A stretch of 64,000 nucleotides of DNA, taken from the human T2T-CHM13v2.0 reference genome, Homo sapiens. The translations under genes and the position numbers were made by a program. This document shows, piece by piece, positions 54,721-64,000 of the stretch. The notes below the pieces were generated by a model, which saw nothing but the letters and a program-made list of their open reading frames with translations, was not told the DNA's origin and ran no database searches. The first letter of the stretch is position 1, and every line of letters begins with the position of its first letter. Where the stretch lies: NCBI RefSeq assembly GCF_009914755.1, contig NC_060932.1. One strand, 5' to 3'.

Positions 54721-55369
54721 AGGCCCATGACCTGTTTCCATTTTATGTTGGAAATACTTATTGAATGTCAAAACTATAGCACGCACTTCTATAAAAGAGG
54801 GGAGGAGAGACATGAGAGGCTTTTCCTGAACTTAAGAAGCTTAAACCCTAATAGGTGAGATAAGCTAAGTATACAAATAACCACAGTAGAGGGCAGGTTG
54901 TGACGAGGGCCTTAAAAGGGGTGCAAGTGTTAGATGAGTTGAGAAAAGGAAATTTTCATTCAGTGAGAGAATCAGGAAAGTCTTTCTGGAGGTGGTGACA
55001 TCTTGAGTGCTTATGTAGGATTTTGATAGAGGAGGATGAATAAAGGGTTAAAGTATCCTAACAAAGGAAAGAGGAGAATGACAAACAGAAAAGAAACCAA
55101 AGAAGCATCCTTAGTAATGATTAATTATGCTGATTGATTGAGCAAAGTTGAAGTTGTGGATGAAAAAGTGGGTTGGGTCACTGTGGAATGGCCCCTAACG
55201 AGACAAAACTCAGAACTTTCATGATAAAAGGTCTCGTTTATTGGAGCCAGTTCATATTTATGCCCATGCTAGTTTATCATTTTTCTACCCTTTTTGTTTA
55301 ATCTTACTTTTATCTCTCTTTTTCTCTCTCTCGCTTTTCTTTCCTTCCTCCTCTTTCTTCTTTCTCTCT

Positions 55370-55493
55370 TTTTTCTTCCTTTCAGAGCCTAGAGTGCCTA
55401 GATAACAGGGTCACTAAATATCTCAATTGAAATCTTGCACGATTACAATGTTTCTTTATTTTTTCTGTAGAACTCACATAAACATCTCTGTGA
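55370..55493 (-). pseudogene. Decayed exon, death-domain C-terminal part
   Basis: Strong poly-T ctctag acceptor. HRDVYVSSTEKIKKHCNRARFQLRYLVTLLSRHSRL*. Confidence 0.5.
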
Positions 55494-55879
55494 CTAGAGA
55501 AAAAAACAAAACTGTAAAAATGTACTTATGCATAATTGTGTAAGATATTAAAATCTGTGCATAACTTAAAATAGTCATCTTATGATTTGATTATTCATTT
55601 AATAAATCTTTCCTAGGAACAACTACACACCCACTATACAAAAAGTTCAGAAAATTCTGAAGTGAATAAATAAAAATTCATGCTTTCCAGATGTTCACAA
55701 AGTATGGGGTAAATAGGCAACGTGAGTTATACACCATAGAGGTACGACACAGGGCTGTGAAGGAAAGGCCAGCTGCCTGGGTGACCTGTGAGTTCAGAGA
55801 AATTTGCCAGGTGGACTAAGGGAAAACAGCCTCTTTGCAAACGGAACAGCTTGTACAGAAACACATGAAGGAAGGCCTA

Positions 55880-56248
<369 letters not shown>

Positions 56249-57954
56249 AGATGCAGAAAGGAAAGTGACAAGAATGTGACTGTGAATGTAAATTGGAACC
56301 AGTTATAAAAGGCCTGGAATAGCCAGTGAAGGATATTGAACTTTGAGCTTGAAGCCATTGAAAGCCAGTGGAGGCAAGGACAGATTTATTTCAGTTTTCA
56401 GGTAGATAACTGTGTTGGCAACATAAAGGGTGAGTTGAACTGGGAAAAATGCTATCAGTATAAAGTTAGAAGGTTATTGGAATAGTCCAGACCATAGATA
56501 GCAATGTCTAGGATTTTAAAATGCAAATGAACAAATATTTATGTAAAAATAGTAAATGTCATGCAGAGTGCTAAAGAACCAATATCAACAAAAATGTGAC
56601 CACTGCTCTCAAGAAAATGAATAGCAAGCCTTGAACTAAGCTGTGGGTGATAGGGAATCAAAGTGAAGATTCTAGGATGGGAAAGCAGGGAAAATTTTGA
56701 GGTTTCTAGGGTGGTAGAATGGCCTTCTGCAGGTACCACTTACCAAGACAGGGAAAACAGAGGTTAGTCTGGGAGAAAGATGATGGCTTCAGCTCTGCAT
56801 ACATGCCTGCCAAATTTTTAGTGTATAATTGATAAACACTTTTTAAATTAATTAAATTGAGACAGAATTAAGTGGCACAGGTATTCAGTAGAACAGAAAA
56901 TCCCTTGGGAATATTCAAACATCACTGTTTCCTCAAAATTATCATCTGACCTTTGGAATATCACATTTCAATAATCAGCAGCCTTAGATTTCATCTTATG
57001 GTAAAATTTATCAAACAACCAGATGCCAACTTACCACACTCTTTTCACATTATGTTAGAGATTCTCCTTATATAGGTTTCTTTTTCTCCAATAATTCAAT
57101 GTTCTTCAGTTACCTTTGTATTACTTCCTAACTCCACAATATAAATTGTGTTAATAATGCAAGCAAAATATGGGAACAATGAAAACTAAGGACAAGGGCT
57201 CTTGGTATGAAGAAAAGGATAGAGTTAAGTCATTTAAAAGCTAGATCAATTGGTCTTGGGAACCAATGAGAAATACTAGGAGTTGTGGAGAAGAAAGACT
57301 AGTATGTTTTCAAAGTTTCTGACTTAGGTGAGCATATTGATGATAGAATTATACATGTAAATAAGGATTATTGAGAAGTATCTTTGGAGGGGGAAGAAAA
57401 ATAATAAGTTTTAGATTGGGTCATATTGACCTTGAGATTTTTATGGGGCACCATGGTATCTAAGAGACAGAAATATAAGCAACTAAGACATAAATTGAGA
57501 CAATTTAGGTATTACTTGAAATTTTTGGCTTGGATAAAATTAATGAAGAGCAAGTGTAACAGTGTGTTCAAGAAACAAATTCTGAATAATATAATTGAAA
57601 ACATAACTGCAAAAAAGGACATCTGAAAAGATTAAGAAGTACATAGAGATGCTGGAAAAGGTAGGAATAAGGAAACCAAGGGAGAGGAAGAGCTTCAGGA
57701 AGAAAAGAAAAGCAAACATGGCCTGATGGTCTGAAGCATCAATCAGTCAAAACTAAGAAGGAATTGTTGGGGTTTTTAGCAGTTCAGGCTTTCAAATGGT
57801 TTCCACAAAACAGCTGCTGAGAAGCAGTGAAATGAGGTGATGGCGAATCCAGGAGAAAACTGTAGGTGATAAGTTGTAACCTCAAGTAGACACGATTCTT
57901 TCAAGAACCTTGGTTAAGAAAGAGGTAAGGAGAGAATGGGAATAGCTCAAGCGG

Positions 57955-58194
57955 CCTTCAGATTTAATTTTTGGGGAAATAACAAAAGCACTGCTTTGGA
58001 AATCAAATGCATTTGTCGCTTTTTCCTTTAGGCCATATATGTAAAGTATACTTTTTTCTGTGCTTATGAAGAAATTTCTGAAGTGAAGATTCCTGAAAAA
58101 TTTGTGTGTGATCCAACCATCATAATTCCAATTAATATATATCATTATAAAATATCTTCTCACTGATTTCCACTTGATCAAATTTACTAGAACC
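57955..58194 (-). pseudogene. Decayed death-domain exon
   Basis: EISEKIFY/WITHKFFRNLHFRNFFISTEKSILYIYGLKEKATNAF; compare RIPK1 DD [32 protein letters not shown] (recalled). Confidence 0.6.
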
Positions 58195-58309
58195 CTAAAA
58201 TTATGTTTACCTGGTATTTCATCAACATAATTTGAATTTATTTATTTGAAATATCTGTTAAATGATATCTGTTAATATCATTAAATTAAATTCCCAGAGA
58301 CACAATACA

Positions 58310-58545
58310 AACCAAAGCTTACATGCTTACATTTTTGAGCATTTACACTATGACAGGCACTGTTATAAGTGCTATTATCTTATTTATGTTTACCTCTCTT
58401 TAGAAGAGCCCATGAAGTAGGTCCTGTTTGTTTTCTCCACTTCACAGAGGCACAGAGGCTTTCCAATATCACACAGCTAATAGGTGGCAGATCTAGATTC
58501 AAACCCAGAAGACACAAGAGCCCATGATTTTAACCACCATGCCCC
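58310..58545 (-). mobile_element. MIR SINE
   Basis: ttgagcatttacactatgacaggcactg...tcacacagctaataggtggcaga. Confidence 0.85.
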
Positions 58546-58569
58546 CTTGACTCTTGGTAACAAATTGTG

Positions 58570-59390
58570 ACTATCTTTCCATATAAAGGGATATCTCAGA
58601 TGATTTTGGGTAATATCTTGTTTCCCTACTTCTGTCTTCACTAACTTCCAGGGCATTATTTCTCCCTCCTGAATTCAACTCAGTAAAAAGGATAGCTAAG
58701 TCATTCATGTAATTATACTAGTATTCAGACAAATTCAAATGTGGATATGTTTATCCTTCTGTTTGAGAAGGTTTCTTAGCTACTCCGGCTCACCCTCCAG
58801 CTGGGAACTGAGGAAGGATCCAACTGGCATGAAAAGGTCATGGCCATCAGGCCACTGGGCAAGGTATGTAATTGGAAGGTTTCAAAATGGTTTCTGATTG
58901 TCAAAGTTAGGACTGAGATCCAGGGGAAGAGCAAAATTTATTTTACATGAAAACCATTCAAGACATTGATACCAAAAAAATTGTGAAGAACAAAACTCTT
59001 CCTTCAGACATGGGATCCAAATGTTAAGAAGCCTTCAAAAATGAGAATAAAACTAATGAGGAGCTGCTTCTGTCTCAGCTCACATTAAATGGATGGGTCA
59101 CAGTTTGCAGTATGATTGCACACATATTTTTTCAATTTTCTTATTATGAGCTAACAGCAACACAAAATAAAATGAAGTTAAAAAATAAATGAAGCTCTCC
59201 AGCTAAAACTAGAAAAATATACAAGTAAATGGATGTATGGATATTATGGTAAGGAGAAGGATTCGATAGCTTTCTATACTCCTCATAATTGTAAATGCAT
59301 AGTGTGGTAAGAAATGTGGGTATTCCTACAACCATTCATAGATACACTATTTGAAGTAATTCATAAACCTGACATCAAATTAGCATTGAA
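58570..59390 (-). pseudogene. Two decayed death-domain segments (~59390-59200; 59032-58570)
   Basis: DVRFMNYFK*CIYEW/FLTTLCIYNYEEYRKLSNPSP; and HDLFMPVGSFLS/SWR...LAILFTELNSGGRNNALEV. Confidence 0.5.
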
Positions 59391-59447
59391 CAAGATCTAA
59401 TCTAAATACAATTAGCCCCTTCCCACAGAGTGTTTAGAATCTAGTAA

Positions 59448-59797
<350 letters not shown>

Positions 59798-59929
59798 TAA
59801 TATTTTTAATGCATAGAACAATATATCTGCTTGGCATGTCTTCACAGTAAACATTTTGGGGGACAAATCTAAATGTACTAATTAGAAAAGAAAAGAAAAT
59901 ACAGGTTATGGGCTTTTAGATGCCTTAGT

Positions 59930-60130
59930 ATAAAAGCTTTAAGTATGCTGTCTCAGTATTCCTCACTGCATGTCTCTCTGGAAGATTATAGTATCACTCC
60001 CTATTTGAAAATAGTAAGTAAATAAACTGAGGCTCAGAGTTAAATAACTAGTCTGAGTTCACTGAGCTAGTTAGTAAGTAGCAGAACTGAGATTGGAACC
60101 CAGTCGTAACTGATTCAAAATTCGTTCCAC
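59930..60130 (-). mobile_element. MIR SINE
   Basis: aaactgaggctcagagttaaataac core. Confidence 0.8.
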
Positions 60131-60582
60131 CTCAAATGTTCCCTCTGTGAGTAATAAAAATTATGATCTCTCAAAATTTGAATATAATGGGAATATAAAA
60201 ATTAAATATTAGATATTAAATAGCAAAGTGTTGAACTCAGCTTTCTGAAGTGATTAAAATAGATTTCTGTAATGTTCTTATTTTACATTAAAAGGGAAAT
60301 AAACTGTAGAATAAAAACTAATTTGTATGTAGAAATAATTTACCCAGAAATAGCCAATGAGAATCACAGCCTAATTATTAAAAGAGAGACATTGATTTTT
60401 CAAAAGACTATATTGTCGTAGAGTTTGACTTACACTGAAATAAATGAATATATTTAGTACTTACTGGCATAATATCCATTGATTAGCCTAGCAAAGGAAT
60501 TTCTAGATAAGAATATTGAAAGAGTAATTCTATTTCTGCCAATGTATACTTCACATAAGATAAATCACATTCTTGATGAAAA

Positions 60583-61180
60583 TTGTATATCAACAAGGAT
60601 TTGTATTACAAATAACAAAATCCCAACTTGAACTCATTTAAACAATGAATGAAATGTGCTAGCTCACATAATGGAAAATATCTAGAACATAACAACTTTC
60701 AGACAGGTTTTATCCAGGAGCTCAAAAAATATCACCGAGAAGTCAATTCTTCAGCATCTCTTCCCTTGGTACTCTGCTTGATGGCTCAGTCTTCCCATAA
60801 AGGCTCTCTCAGCTCCCCCTGTAGCAACAGTGTCTTTCACAAATACAAATCTCACAGCCTCACCTCACACTATCGCAGGGGAAAGTGATTGTGTCCTGAT
60901 GTAGTTTCCATAGAGGAAAGACAAAGCTATTTTTCTTTTCCAAAAACTCTCAAATTATTGTGCATTTTATTAGCCCTGGTTGGACTTCCTGGCCCAATAT
61001 AATCAGGGAGGATGAAACATGAGTATTCACACGAGCCTCTAAGGTGGCTACCCTGCCACTGGACTAGGCATCTCACTCAAAACACTTAGATTCAGGATTG
61101 GGAAGGGCTAGCTTCTCAAAGGACTTGGATACAATTAAGATGGGTGCTTGGTGTCCTTCAAGCTGTCAATGCCCCATACA
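60583..61180 (-). mobile_element. Old MLT1 (MLT1J/K-like) LTR
   Basis: gctcacataatggaaaa...ttcagacaggttttatccaggagctcaaa motifs. Confidence 0.6.
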
Positions 61181-61288
61181 AATGGAAATATTTCTGGCCA
61201 AGACAATAACATGAAGACATGTAATCTCAAGGCTGAAATAATGACTGTAACAATAAAATTAGTGATTACATTTAATAATGGGTACTAA

Positions 61289-61651
<363 letters not shown>

Positions 61652-61685
61652 TACATGTTTTATTTGATTGACATCTCACACTATC

Positions 61686-64000
61686 TGATAGAGTTTGGAT
61701 ATTTGTCCCCACACAAATCTCATGTTGAATTGTAATCCCCAATGCTGGACATGAGGCCTGGTCAGAGGTGTTTTGATCATGGGGGCAGATCTCTCATGGC
61801 TTGATGCTGTCTTTGTGATAGTTTTAGCAAGATCTGGTCATTTAAAAGTGTGTGGCACCTTCTCACCAGCTCTCTCTCTCTCTTGCTCCTGCTTTTACCA
61901 AATGAAGTACCTGCTCCCCCTTCACCTACCACCATGAATAAAAAATCTTTTTGAGAACTCCTCACCCCAGAAGGAGATGCTGGCACTATGTTTCCTATAC
62001 AGCCTGCAGAACCATGAGCCAATTAAACCTCTTTTCTCATAAATTATTTGGTCTCAGATAGTTATTTATAGCAAGGCAAGAATGGCCTAATACAGAAAAT
62101 TGGAACCAAGAGGTGGGGCATTGCTATAAAGGTACCTGAAAATGTGAAAGCAGCTTTAGAACTGGGTAACAAGCAGAGGTTGGAAGAGTTTGGAGGGCTC
62201 AGAAGAAGACAGGAAGATGAGGGAATGTTTGGAATTTCTTAGAGACTGGTTAAATTGTTGTGGCCAAAATGCTGACAGTGAAATGAGCAGTTGCAGTCCA
62301 GGCTGCTGGGGTCTCAGATGGAAATGTGGAACTTACTGGTAACTGAAGCAAAGTTCATAAATGTAATGCCATAGTAAAGAGCCTGACTGCATTGTGCCCC
62401 TGCCCTAGGGCTCTGTGGAAGCTGGAACTTCATAGTGATGATTAAGGGTATCTGGCAGAAAAACTTTCTAAGCAGCAAAGTGTTTAAGATGTTGCCTGGC
62501 TGCTTCAAACAGCCTATTCTCAGATACAGGAGCAAAGGAATGACTTAAAGTTGGAACTTCTGTTGAAAAGGAAAGCAGAGCATAAAAGTTTAGAGATTTT
62601 GCAGCCTGGCCATGTGACAGAGAAAGAAAAAGCTTTCTGGGGGGAGAAATTCAAGCTTCCTGTGTAGCAATCACTTGCTAGAAATATTTGCATAATTAAA
62701 AGGGAGCCACATGCTGATAGCCAAGATACCAGGGAAAAAGCCTCAAAGGAATTTCAGAGATCTTCTAGGCAGCCCCTCCCATCACAGTTCCAGAGGCATA
62801 GGAGGGGAGAATGGTTTCATGTGCCAGGCCCAGGACCCTGCTGCCCTGCGCAGCCTCAGGACACTGCTCCCTGCATCCCACCCACTCCAGCTCCAGCTGT
62901 GGCTCAAAGGGCCCTAGGTTTTGGTTATGTCACCACTCTGGAGACTGCAAGCTGCTGTATGCTTTGGCTGCTTACATGTGGTGTTAGGCCTGCAGGTGTG
63001 TAGAGTACAAGAGTGAAAAATGCTTGGCAGCCCCTGCCTAGATTTTGGAGGTTGTATGAAAAATCCCAGGTGCCCAGGCAGGGGCCTGCTTCAGGGTCAG
63101 AGTCCCTACAGAAAATCTCTACTAGGGCAGTGAGGGGTGGGGGTGGGAAATGTGGGATTGGAGGCCCCACACAGAGTGGAGGAATGTGAGAAGGAGGCGA
63201 CCATCCTTCAGACTCCAGAATGGTAAATCCACCAGCAGCTTGCACCCTGCATCTGGAAAAGCCACAGGCACTTAACAACCTGTGAGAGCAGTTGAGGGGG
63301 TTTACCCTGCAAAGCCACAGGGGCAGAGCTGCCCAAGGCCTTCAGAGCCCACCTCTTGCACCAGTGTGCCCTGGGTGTGGGACATGGAATCAAAGGATAC
63401 TATTTCGGAGTTTTAAGATTTAATGACTACCCTGCTGAATTTCAGACTTGTGTGGGGCCTATAGCCCCCTTTCTTTTGGCAAATTTCTCTCTTTTGGAAC
63501 AGGAATGGTTTACCCAGTGCCTATACCCCCATTGTATCTTGGAAGTAACTAACTTGCTTTTTATTTTACAGGCTCATAGGTGGAAGGGATTTGCTTTGTC
63601 TCAGATGAGACTTTGAACATTCGAGTTAACACTGGAATGAGTTAAGACTTTGAGGGATTGATGAGAAAGCATGATTGTATTTTGCAATGTGATAAGGACA
63701 TGAGATTTGGGAGGGGCCAAGGGTAGAATGATATAGTTTGGGTATTTATCCTCACCCAAATCTCATGTTGAATTGTAATCCCCAATGCTGGGGGTGGGAC
63801 CTGGTGGGAGGTGTTTTGATGATGGGGGCAGATCCCTCATGGCTGGTGCTTTCTTCGTGATAGGGAGTTCTCACAAGATCTGGTCATTTACAAGTGGTGG
63901 CACCTTCCCCCTCTCTCTTTCTTGCTCCTGCTCTCATCATGTGAGATGCTTGCTCCCTCTTCACCTTCCACCATGAGTAAAGGCTTCCTGAGGCCTCCCC
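61686..64000 (+). mobile_element. MSTA-type MaLR provirus: 5' LTR 61686-62094, internal 62095-63728, 3' LTR from 63729 (cut by window)
   Basis: Two similar LTRs, gaaaattggaacc internal start, polypurine tract before the 3' LTR. Confidence 0.92.

Noticed and set aside
56810-57170. Unique-looking segment with a gtaagt donor
   Set aside because: No domain motif seen, and it may be an old DNA-transposon fragment.
60130-60580. Possible further upstream exons (gtaagt donors; ITEIYFNHFRKL)
   Set aside because: AT-rich with insufficient motif support.

Overview
This is primate (human-like) genomic DNA: AT-rich, CpG-poor and dense in repeats (Alu J/S/Y, a near full-length L1PA, L1M, L2, L3, MIR, MaLR/ERVL/ERV1 LTRs, DNA transposons). 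I found no intact protein-coding gene, and most listed ORFs are repeat-derived or spurious. The main signal lies in the non-repeat islands. Read on the minus strand, they repeatedly start at polypyrimidine-AG splice acceptors. They translate, through many stops and frameshifts, into death-domain (DD)-like segments and ankyrin/PIDD1/DTHD1-type ZU5 and UPA segments. The pieces fall in a colinear order from ~59.4 kb down to the window start: about 12-14 DDs, then ZU5-ZU5-UPA, ZU5-UPA-DD, ZU5-UPA-DD, then several more DDs and a tail. I interpret this as a very large, anciently dead spliced gene (probably a unitary pseudogene) for a multi-death-domain scaffold that I cannot match to any named human gene. 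Homology was judged by eye against reference sequences recalled from memory. Exon limits are approximate and some individual DD calls may be over-reading, so profile searches are needed.
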